A stretch of DNA of 19,146 bases. Source: a bacterium. GTDB lineage: Bacteria; Arandabacterota; Arandabacteria; Arandabacterales; JALGWA01. Of the stretch, positions 9,077 to 16,234 are shown one piece after another. Under the pieces are notes generated by a model. It was given only the letters and a program-made list of their open reading frames with translations, searched no databases and was not told the origin of the DNA. The translations under genes and the position numbers were made by a program. The stretch is from the NCBI GenBank assembly GCA_050125095.1, contig JASFEA010000055.1, forward strand, positions 1 to 19,146, written 5' to 3'. Position 1 is the first letter of the stretch, and each line of letters opens with the position of its first letter.

Positions 9077-10387
9077 ATGAGTAACAAGACACCGAATGGA
9101 ATCCAGGGCCCGCCTGGCTTCCACGTTATGGCCAAGCCCGTGGGCCCTGTCTGTAACCTCCGCTGCGAATACTGCTTCTATCTCGAGAAAGAAGCTCTCT
9201 TTCCGGACGGCGAGAAGTACAGGATGTCGGATGAGGTACTCGAGGCTTACATCAGGAAGAACATCGCCTCGCAGGACCCGCGCGTCCCCGAGATTCTCTT
9301 CGCATGGCAGGGCGGCGAGCCCACTATGCTGGGAGTCGATTTCTTCAGGAAGGCCGTAGACCTGGAGCGCAAGTACGCGCCGCGCGGAAAGGCCATAGTC
9401 AACACCTTCCAGACAAACGGCACGCTTCTCAATGACGAATGGTGCAGGTTTCTCAAGACGAACAACTTCCTCATCGGCCTCTCCCTCGACGGACCGCGGG
9501 AGATCCACGACAGATACCGGGTCGACCGCAGCGGCGGGCCCACGTTCGACAGGGTCATGCGGGGCCTCGACCTCCTCAAGAGGCACGGAGTGGACTTCAA
9601 TGTCCTTGCCTGCGTCAACGAGGAGAGCTCGGGCCGGCCGCGCGACGTTTACAGGTTCTTAAAGGGCGAGGGCGTCAAGTTCATTCAGTTCATACCCATA
9701 GTGGAGCGCCTGCCAGACCCGCGCGCGGAGGAGCTGGGGCTCGATCTCGCCGTCCCTCCCGCTCTCGACATGGAGGACGCCTGGGACGCCGTGACGCCGT
9801 GGACGGTGCGGCCCGAACACTTTGGCGACTTCATGATAGGGGTCTTCGACGAATGGGTGAGGAACGACGTCGGGGACATGTACGTCATGAACTTCGAGTG
9901 GACCCTCGCGGCATTCGCCGGCCTCCCGGGAGTGGCGTGCTTTTTCATGAACCGGTGCGGGCGCGCGGTCATTATAGAACACAACGGCGATATCTACTCC
10001 TGCGACCACTTCATGTATCCCGACTACAGGCTGGGCAACATACTCACAGACGATCTCGCGCGCATGGTAAACTCCGACAAGCAGGTTGCGTTCGGGGCGC
10101 TCAAGGAAACCACGCTCCCGCGCTACTGCAGGGAGTGCGACGTTCTCTTCGCCTGCCGGGGCGCCTGTCCCAAGCACCGCTTCCTCAAGAGCCCGCACGG
10201 CGAGCCGGGCCTCAATTACCTGTGCGAGGGATACAAGAAATTCTTCAACCATGTACGACCCTATATGAACGTCATGATCCAGCTCATGGAACGCGGCCTG
10301 CCGGCTCACAGGGTAATGGAAGCTCTCAAGGGTCCGATACTGCTTGACCCCGAACACGGCGGTGGTAGAATCTCAATCGGAGAATAG
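9077..10387 (+). CDS. Anaerobic sulfatase maturase (radical SAM/SPASM; anSME/AslB/ChuR family)
   Basis: AKPVGPVCNLRCEYCFYLEK, FAWQGGEPT, QTNGTLL, GLSLDGP..HDRYR, QFIPIVE, EHNGDIYSCDHF, CRECDVLFACRGACPKHR, NYLCEGY. Confidence 0.95.
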   Translation: MSNKTPNGIQGPPGFHVMAKPVGPVCNLRCEYCFYLEKEALFPDGEKYRMSDEVLEAYIRKNIASQDPRVPEILFAWQGGEPTMLGVDFFRKAVDLERKYAPRGKAIVNTFQTNGTLLNDEWCRFLKTNNFLIGLSLDGPREIHDRYRVDRSGGPTFDRVMRGLDLLKRHGVDFNVLACVNEESSGRPRDVYRFLKGEGVKFIQFIPIVERLPDPRAEELGLDLAVPPALDMEDAWDAVTPWTVRPEHFGDFMIGVFDEWVRNDVGDMYVMNFEWTLAAFAGLPGVACFFMNRCGRAVIIEHNGDIYSCDHFMYPDYRLGNILTDDLARMVNSDKQVAFGALKETTLPRYCRECDVLFACRGACPKHRFLKSPHGEPGLNYLCEGYKKFFNHVRPYMNVMIQLMERGLPAHRVMEALKGPILLDPEHGGGRISIGE

Positions 10388-10439
10388 AGGCAAGCGCCGG
10401 CGAAGCCCCTGCCGGAAGGTCCAGCACACGGAGGTCATC

Positions 10440-10988
10440 ATGAACAAACCAATCCTGCTCTTTATCGCTGTCATCCTGTCCTTAACTGCGCTCGCGCACG
10501 GTGAGGAAGCCGCGGCACCCGCTTACAGCGAGGAACCGTTTCAGCTGGCGCTCTGGTCGCCCCTTGCGGCCCGCCCGGACGATGTGGGTATCACGATCTT
10601 CAGGCTGAACCTGATCTACGGGCGCAATGTGTCAATCAAGGGGCTCGACCTCGGCATAGCCAATCACTGCACGGGCGGCGTGAGCAAAGCCTGGCAGGTC
10701 GGCATCATCAACTCCTGCGAGGGCGATTTCATCGGGTGGCAGGACGGCTGGGTGGTGAACTACACCTCGGGTAAGTTCATCGGCTTCCAGTCGGGCATAT
10801 ACAATGACGCCGAGGAGGCAGAGGCCTTCCAGTGGGGGATCATCAACAGGGCCGGCAAGATTAGCGGTTTCCAGCTGGGATTCGTCAACTGGTGCGAGAG
10901 CATGTACGGCCTGCAGATCGGCCTCGCCAACTACATCGCAAGCAAAGAGACGCTGCCCTTCTTCGTATTTGTCAACTGGTCGTTTTAG
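10440..10988 (+). CDS. Secreted/outer-membrane protein with G-x-Q-x-G-x-x-N repeats (LA_2272/VC2662-like)
   Basis: GGAGG RBS before ATG 10440, signal peptide AHG-E, repeats GLDLGIAN, AWQVGIIN, GFQSGIYN, AFQWGIIN, GFQLGFVN, GLQIGLAN, and C-terminal VFVNWSF. Confidence 0.8.
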   Translation: MNKPILLFIAVILSLTALAHGEEAAAPAYSEEPFQLALWSPLAARPDDVGITIFRLNLIYGRNVSIKGLDLGIANHCTGGVSKAWQVGIINSCEGDFIGWQDGWVVNYTSGKFIGFQSGIYNDAEEAEAFQWGIINRAGKISGFQLGFVNWCESMYGLQIGLANYIASKETLPFFVFVNWSF

Positions 10989-11011
10989 GGGTCAGGTCTG
11001 GAAATGCACAA
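10983..11011 (+). repeat. Dispersed copy of the REP-like repeat
   Basis: TTTTAGGGGTCAGGTCTGGAAATGCACAA matches 7453-7481 at 27/29 positions. Confidence 0.85.
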
Positions 11012-11900
11012 TCGCCTCAGGGCCCTCGCCCTAATCATCCTGATCGCCCTTGCCGCGGGCTGCGGCGAGCGCGAGCGGCAGCCGGACGGGAAGGTACATG
11101 AATCTCCCCCGAAGACTCGGGCTGCGACCCCCGGCGCGCCCGTCGCCTATGACTGGACCCCCGACAGAATAGACCGCAAGCTGCTGCAGACCAATCCGGG
11201 GTACAAGGGTGAGGCCCTCTACCAGATACAGGACGGGCAGGTGGTCGCGCTGCACCTGAGCGGCACCACAATCACCAGAATGCCGTTTCTTAAGGAAATG
11301 GGAGTTCAGGCGCTTGACCTGAGGGGGATCCCACTGGCCGACCTGGAGCAGCTCAGAGGGCTCGACCTGGTTGAGCTCTACCTGGAGGACACGGATATCA
11401 GGGACCTGGAACCCCTCAGGGGAATGCCGCTCCGGCAGCTCTATCTTTCAAACACTTATGTCACCGACCTCAGTCCGCTCGAGGGCATGCCGCTCGAGCA
11501 GCTTAACCTCCTGGGGACGGACGTGGAGGACATATCCCCTCTTGCGGGCATGCCCCTCGTGTTCCTGTGGCTCAACCAGACTCCGGTCTCAGACATCTCC
11601 CCGCTATCGACTTGCGGGCGCCTCATGAGCCTAACCCTGCACCGAACCGGGGTGAGCGACCTCAGCCCGCTGGCGGGCACGGGCCTTCTGAGGCTTCACG
11701 TGGGCGAGACGCCCGTCACGGATCTTTCGCCTATCCGCGACCTTAAACTCAAGCGGCTCATCTTCACCCCGGATAACATCAGGAAGGGTCTCGACATCGC
11801 CCGGGGTATGGAGTCCCTGGAGGAAGTGGGCACGACATTCGAGAACCGTATGCCCGCCGCTGTCTTCTGGCACCTTTACGACACCGGAGATCTTCCTTAG
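11004..11900 (+). CDS. Leucine-rich-repeat lipoprotein
   Basis: Lipobox LAAG-C and about 8 repeats of roughly 21 aa, LxxLxLxxTxVxDLSPLxGMP. Confidence 0.88.
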   Translation: MHNRLRALALIILIALAAGCGERERQPDGKVHESPPKTRAATPGAPVAYDWTPDRIDRKLLQTNPGYKGEALYQIQDGQVVALHLSGTTITRMPFLKEMGVQALDLRGIPLADLEQLRGLDLVELYLEDTDIRDLEPLRGMPLRQLYLSNTYVTDLSPLEGMPLEQLNLLGTDVEDISPLAGMPLVFLWLNQTPVSDISPLSTCGRLMSLTLHRTGVSDLSPLAGTGLLRLHVGETPVTDLSPIRDLKLKRLIFTPDNIRKGLDIARGMESLEEVGTTFENRMPAAVFWHLYDTGDLP

Positions 11901-11910
11901 TCGCGATGCA

Positions 11911-11943
11911 CCGAGGTGGACCCGGGCCGCCGAGGTGGACCCG
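11911..11943 (+). repeat. 14-bp direct repeat CCGAGGTGGACCCG x2
   Basis: Exact copies at 11911-11924 and 11930-11943, just after the LRR stop codon. Confidence 0.8.
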
Positions 11944-11989
11944 CAGCATCCCGATGAGCCGTCCGCGCGCCCGGCCCGGTTTTTTCTTT
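11922..11989 (+). terminator. Possible intrinsic terminator
   Basis: CCGGGCCG (11922-11929) can pair with CGGCCCGG (11972-11979), followed by TTTTTTCTTT. The loop is unusually long. Confidence 0.4.
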
Positions 11990-12015
11990 ACCATCGCCTC
12001 AATGCCGGGTATTAT
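11987..12015 (+). promoter_or_regulatory. Sigma70-type promoter TTTACC-N17-TATTAT
   Basis: Near-consensus hexamers with a 17-nt spacer upstream of the DUF481 gene. Confidence 0.45.
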
Positions 12016-12025
12016 GCTTTGATTG

Positions 12026-13084
12026 ATGGGAACATCACGCTGCCATGACAGGTATAATTGCCGCCTCGCCATGCTTTTTCTTGCCGTGGCGACCTTCCTG
12101 GCCGGCCCCGCGCCCGCCACAGCAGCCCGAACCGACGTAGTGATACTGCGGAACGGTGACCACATAACGGGCGAGATAAAGAGCCTGAGTTACGGAAAGC
12201 TCGAATACAAGACGGACGACATGAGCACCATCTATGTCGAATGGGAAAAGATCCACCATATCACGAGCGTGCACAGGTTCGAGGTGGTGGACACCGAAGG
12301 GCTCAGGCGCTGGGGATCACTGGAGAGAACCGACGTTCCGCAGGAGGTAATCATTATGACCTCTGTGGGACCGGACACGCTGCCCCTGCTTGACGTCGTT
12401 CGTCTGACTCGCATAAAGGAGACCTTCTGGCGCCGCCTCAAGGGCTCTGTCAACATCGGCTTCAGTTACACCCGGGCGACAAAGACAGCCGAGTCGGAGC
12501 TGGGAGGGGATACCAGGTATCGCAGCGAGAAATACAGCGGCAGGGTCTTCTATGACGCCTACATAACCGACCAGGCCGAAGCGCGTACAAGCAGGTACAG
12601 TTTCGGTTTCGACCTGGACAGATTTCTCCGGAAACGTTGGACGCTGGGCGGCGCCGTCGGCCTAGAACACAATGAGGAACTCGGGCTGGACAAACGAGAG
12701 AGCCTTACTGCAACGGGCAGCAACTACCCATATGAGACAAACAGGACAGTGGTCAGAGCATCCGCGGGCATCTCCGGCACCCGGGAGACTTACATCCACA
12801 GCGACAGCACATCCTACAACATGGAAATCCCGCTGACTCTCAGTTATTCGCGTATCCAGTTTCATAATCCTGAAAGCAGCATCGAGCTCGCTGCGGCGCT
12901 CTTCCCCAGTGTTACTACCGAGGGGCGTTACCGCGCGTCCGTGACCGCCCAGATCGACCACGAGATCTATGCCGATCTTTATTTCATGATAAGCTTCTAC
13001 TATGACTATGACAGCAAACCACCCGAGGGCGCGGCCAAGGACGATTACAGGCTGAGCACCGGCATCAAATGGACCTTCGGATAG
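12026..13084 (+). CDS. DUF481 (YdiY-like) outer-membrane beta-barrel with small N-terminal domain
   Basis: Signal peptide ending ATA-A, TDVVILRNGDHITGEIK, W..LKGSVNIGFSY, NEELGLDKR, YYDYDSKPP, terminal GIKWTFG. Start uncertain (12023, 12026 or 12071). Confidence 0.85.
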   Translation: MGTSRCHDRYNCRLAMLFLAVATFLAGPAPATAARTDVVILRNGDHITGEIKSLSYGKLEYKTDDMSTIYVEWEKIHHITSVHRFEVVDTEGLRRWGSLERTDVPQEVIIMTSVGPDTLPLLDVVRLTRIKETFWRRLKGSVNIGFSYTRATKTAESELGGDTRYRSEKYSGRVFYDAYITDQAEARTSRYSFGFDLDRFLRKRWTLGGAVGLEHNEELGLDKRESLTATGSNYPYETNRTVVRASAGISGTRETYIHSDSTSYNMEIPLTLSYSRIQFHNPESSIELAAALFPSVTTEGRYRASVTAQIDHEIYADLYFMISFYYDYDSKPPEGAAKDDYRLSTGIKWTFG

Positions 13085-13085
13085 A

Positions 13086-13117
13086 CGCTGTATTTCACGA
13101 TAAGGCGATATTTCGCG
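13086..13117. promoter_or_regulatory. Imperfect 32-bp palindrome, copy 1 (putative operator)
   Basis: CGCTGTATTTCAC-GATAAG-GCGATATTTCGCG; related to 13555-13586. Confidence 0.55.
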
Positions 13118-13134
13118 ACTTATGGGATTGAAGC

Positions 13135-13163
13135 TTGACACGAGTAGCCCGCCCCGCTAACCT
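13135..13163 (+). promoter_or_regulatory. Sigma70-type promoter TTGACA-N17-TAACCT
   Basis: Consensus -35 at 13135-13140 and -10 at 13158-13163, upstream of the GGAGG RBS of the HTH gene. Confidence 0.55.
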
Positions 13164-13206
13164 CCCCGCGAGACAAGTAAATTTCCAGGTCATGGAGGAC
13201 GCGATA

Positions 13207-13584
13207 ATGCAGGAAGAAGCGCGGGATATCGACTCCCTCAAGGCCGAACTCGACCAACGTATGAGAGAGCTCGTCGGGGACACCTCCGATAGGGCCCCGA
13301 GGCGGGCAGAGGCCGGGCAAACCGAATCCATACAGCATAGGCCGACGAAGCCGGAGATTGAGGTCAGGGAGTTGAGGCCCGGAATCCCACCCGAGGACAG
13401 GCCGTTTCCGACTCTTGAAGAGGTCGAGCGACGATACATAGTGAGTGTCCTGGAGAACCATAACTGGCGGATCTCAGGTCCCAAAGGCGCGGCCCGCATA
13501 CTCGGGCTCAACCCGTCAACCCTGCGCTCGAGAATGAAAAAGCTCGGGATTTCCCGCTATATTTCACGTAACCGCGAAATATAG
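13207..13584 (+). CDS. Fis-type (HTH_8) DNA-binding protein; FhlA/NtrC-like C-terminus without AAA+ domain
   Basis: TLEEVERRYIVSVLENHNWRISGPKGAARILGLNPSTLRSRMKKLGI is the typical FhlA/HyfR-like tail. No Walker A or GAFTGA motif. GGAGG RBS before ATG 13207; 125 aa. Confidence 0.82.
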   Translation: MQEEARDIDSLKAELDQRMRELVGDTSDRAPRRAEAGQTESIQHRPTKPEIEVRELRPGIPPEDRPFPTLEEVERRYIVSVLENHNWRISGPKGAARILGLNPSTLRSRMKKLGISRYISRNREI

Positions 13585-13587
13585 CGG
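13554..13587. promoter_or_regulatory. Palindrome, copy 2 (putative operator), overlapping the HTH stop codon
   Basis: CCGCTATATTTC-ACGTAACCGC-GAAATATAGCGG, with perfect 12-bp arms. Confidence 0.6.
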
Positions 13588-13823
13588 ATTAGCGCCCTAT
13601 TGTGGTGTCGATGCTGTCTTGGTAAGAGGCCAATACCTGCAGGAGGTCGCCCGAAGCGGAACGCCGTCACTTGTCCCGGAGTGACCTTCGCACCCTACAC
13701 GCACCACCCCTTCAGGAGGTGTGACTTCATCGACTACGCCGGCGCGCAATTCCGACGCAAACGGCCATAAGTAATCATACGGCTCATTTATGCATCCTTA
13801 TATATTGCCGGAGGATTTTTTCC

Positions 13824-13852
13824 TTTACATGATTTCGATGTCAAGATAAACT
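13824..13852 (+). promoter_or_regulatory. Sigma70-type promoter TTTACA-N17-TAAACT
   Basis: Near-consensus hexamers with a 17-nt spacer in an AT-rich stretch about 40 nt before the 13894 start. Confidence 0.5.
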
Positions 13853-13893
13853 CTCGACCAAACACTGGTATGCTGAGAAAGGAGCGTAAGAGA

Positions 13894-14352
13894 ATGTACA
13901 GAATCACGACGTCGGCAATGGTCGCAATCATCATCCTCATCTCCGCCTCGTTTCTCCTCGCGGGCGAGCATGAGTTGGGCGTATTCGTTGGAGACACACG
14001 CCACGATCAGGTCGGGGCTTTGACTCTCGGTGCGGGTTATGAATACAAATGGAGTGCCACGGCTGGCGTCGGCATTGTGTTCGAATACGCGATGGGAGAA
14101 AGGCACATAAGAGATTACATCCTGGGTATTCCGTTCTATGTTCACCCGCATGGCGGGCTATACATGTGCTTCGCTCCGCTGTTTGTCGCCGAAGACCATG
14201 ATGGAGAGACCGTGAACAGGGGCGCGCTGCGAGTGGGATTCGGTTACGCCATTAAAGACGGGAATTTCGCATTTACACCCAAGTTCAACGTCGACTTCAT
14301 CGATGACACGGCATACATAGTCTATGGTCTCGGATTCGGTTACATGTTCTAA
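13894..14352 (+). CDS. Small outer-membrane beta-barrel protein
   Basis: AAAGGAG RBS, signal peptide, amphipathic strands (LGAGYEYKW, VGIVFEY, LRVGFGY) and C-terminal YGLGFGYMF beta-signal. Confidence 0.82.
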   Translation: MYRITTSAMVAIIILISASFLLAGEHELGVFVGDTRHDQVGALTLGAGYEYKWSATAGVGIVFEYAMGERHIRDYILGIPFYVHPHGGLYMCFAPLFVAEDHDGETVNRGALRVGFGYAIKDGNFAFTPKFNVDFIDDTAYIVYGLGFGYMF

Positions 14353-14528
14353 CCCAGGACCGTCGTCATAGACACTTCCAGCCCTAGGCGAGTGAATCCG
14401 GGGAATCGTTGTATGCCGGCCAGGCGGCTCGAGTGCGCCGTCCGGGGACCGAATCGAGAAAGGCCGCCCTCCAACGGCCGGTCTGGCCCATAGCGGCCGA
14501 CGCCGGACCGACCGGCTTAAGAAATCCA

Positions 14529-14557
14529 TTGACATAGTTCGTCACTACTGACAAAAT
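14529..14557 (+). promoter_or_regulatory. Sigma70-type promoter TTGACA-N17-CAAAAT with TGn
   Basis: Consensus -35 and 17-nt spacer upstream of the 14612 gene. Confidence 0.5.
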
Positions 14558-14611
14558 AGCCCCAAATTGCCCGGTGGAATGCTATATACGCGGTTGAAAG
14601 GAGGAGTACCG

Positions 14612-15358
14612 ATGAGATCGCTTACCCTTGCTTTGTTGCTGGTGGCTCTGGTGGCAATACCTGTCCTCGACCAGGCACAGGCCAAGGAAAAGGAATGGGA
14701 TGACTGGAAATTCGACATCGGCATATACGTCCCATTGACGCATGTATCCGGTGACGTTTCCACTCTTACATTCAGGGATATCGTCGACAATTGGAAGGGC
14801 GGCATCAACGGCACGTTCGGCCTCAAGCGGGAAAGATGGAGCTTCAACCTCGACCTGGGGTACGTCAAACTAGAGAAGGAACAGTCCATGGCCGTCGCTG
14901 CATACGCGGAAGATGATTACAAGATCACGACCGCACTCGCGATAAGCGAGCACGAAGCGTTCATAGGCTATCAGATCAGTGACCCGGATGAAGGTGTTTC
15001 GGAGATCATCTTCGGTACCCGCTACATAGGACACAGCATCGACGTCGCCGACGAAGAGACTGCCAACGAGAACTGGTGGATGGGTTTCCTCGGGGCTCGT
15101 TACATGGGTTCTCTCTTTGGCGCCGAAACATGGATGATGATAATACGGGCCGATGTGGGTGCGTTCGACACGTCCGGTAGAATAACCTGGCGGGGGGACC
15201 TTGGCGCCCACTGGAGATTCACGGATCATTTCAAGCTCGTACTTATGTACAAATGGATGGGCGTCGACTACAAGAAGGGCATGCCCGAAGACGACGACTA
15301 TTACTACTACAAGGCTACTGAGCACGGGCCGGTGGTCGGTCTCGGTATCAGTCTCTAA
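14612..15358 (+). CDS. Outer-membrane beta-barrel protein, uncharacterised
   Basis: AAAGGAGG RBS before ATG 14612, signal peptide AQA-K, strands WKFDIGIY, WSFNLDLGY, FGTRY, RADVGAF, YKWMGVDY, HGPVVGLGISL. Confidence 0.82.
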   Translation: MRSLTLALLLVALVAIPVLDQAQAKEKEWDDWKFDIGIYVPLTHVSGDVSTLTFRDIVDNWKGGINGTFGLKRERWSFNLDLGYVKLEKEQSMAVAAYAEDDYKITTALAISEHEAFIGYQISDPDEGVSEIIFGTRYIGHSIDVADEETANENWWMGFLGARYMGSLFGAETWMMIIRADVGAFDTSGRITWRGDLGAHWRFTDHFKLVLMYKWMGVDYKKGMPEDDDYYYYKATEHGPVVGLGISL

Positions 15359-15382
15359 TAAGGAAATAGAAGCACAGGTAGC

Positions 15383-15426
15383 AGGGGTCAGGTCCTGGTT
15401 TCAGCCGTTTCAACCTGACCCCTTTT
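15383..15426 (+). repeat. Inverted pair of the GGGGTCAGGT motif; REP-like hairpin / probable terminator
   Basis: AGGGGTCAGGT (15383-15393) and ACCTGACCCCT (15413-15423), followed by TTT; an extra CCTGACCC at 15434-15441. Confidence 0.75.
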
Positions 15427-15469
15427 CATTTGTCCTGACCCGGCGTGGCCGGGCACAAAGGAGAGAGCG

Positions 15470-16210
15470 TTGGCCAAGAACTACATGGTCTTGTATGGCA
15501 AGAACCCGGTTCTCGAGCGGCTGAGGGCAAACCCTGCGTCGGTCAGGAAGGTCTTCCTGGCCGACAAGTTCAATGAACCCGAAGTCTTGAGGCTGATCGA
15601 GGAGCGCGGGATCGAGGTAGAGAGGCTCTCGGCGGAGGATCTCGCTAAGAAGAGGCCGGCCAAGGACATGCAGGGAATCTACGCCAAGATAGACAGGTTC
15701 CGGTACGCCGACTTCGACGGCCTGATTGACAGAGACGAAACTGTGAAGCCGACGCTTGTCTTTCTTGACCGCGTGAACGATCCCCACAACCTGGGCGTCA
15801 TACTCCGCACCACGGCCTGCTTCGGCGGATTCGCGGTCGTCATACCCGAACACGAGGCCTGCGAGGTCACCGAGACGGTCCTGCACGTTGCGTCGGGCGG
15901 CGAGAACTACACGCCCGTATCGAGGGTGACCAACATCTCGAAGGCCATTGAGAAAGCCAAGACCTCAGGCTACTGGATTGTGGGCGCGGTGGTCGATGAG
16001 GGCGCGCGGAATCTCATTGATACCGACCTTCCGTTTCCCATGGGGCTCGTGCTCGGCTCGGAGGGCTCCGGCATAAGGCCGGGTATTCGCAAGCACCTCG
16101 ATATGGAGGTGTTTATACCCATGAAAGGGGCCCGGCTCTCTCTCAATGTCAACATCGCATGCGCCATCTTCTGCCACGAGATCGCCCGTCAGATCGCAGG
16201 GGCCGCTTAA
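15470..16210 (+). CDS. rlmB: 23S rRNA Gm2251-type 2'-O-methyltransferase (TrmH/SpoU family)
   Basis: LYGKNPVLE, QGIYA, LDRVNDPHNLGVILRT, VASGG, LVLGSEGSGI, IPMKG..SLNV; TTG start after AAGGAG. Confidence 0.85.
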   Translation: MAKNYMVLYGKNPVLERLRANPASVRKVFLADKFNEPEVLRLIEERGIEVERLSAEDLAKKRPAKDMQGIYAKIDRFRYADFDGLIDRDETVKPTLVFLDRVNDPHNLGVILRTTACFGGFAVVIPEHEACEVTETVLHVASGGENYTPVSRVTNISKAIEKAKTSGYWIVGAVVDEGARNLIDTDLPFPMGLVLGSEGSGIRPGIRKHLDMEVFIPMKGARLSLNVNIACAIFCHEIARQIAGAA

Positions 16211-16234
16211 CGGCGGCAACATGAACCGGTTTGC

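Noticed and set aside
9439-10347. 302-aa alternative-frame ORF inside the maturase
   Set aside because: Arg/Pro-rich frame artefact overlapping a well-supported gene.
9031-10439. RiPP cluster (SPASM enzyme plus precursor peptide)
   Set aside because: Motifs are anSME-type, the flanking gaps are about 50 nt with no credible precursor, and no peptidase or exporter is present.
13779-13794. Sigma54 promoter (CGGCTCATTTATGCA)
   Set aside because: Spacing is GG-N9-GC, not the required GG-N10-GC.
14475-14514. GC-rich hairpin between two barrel genes
   Set aside because: Imperfect stem, no U-tract, and likely by chance at this GC content.
7440-15441. Prophage, integron or IS-bounded island
   Set aside because: No integrase, transposase, tRNA, attC or phage genes in the window.
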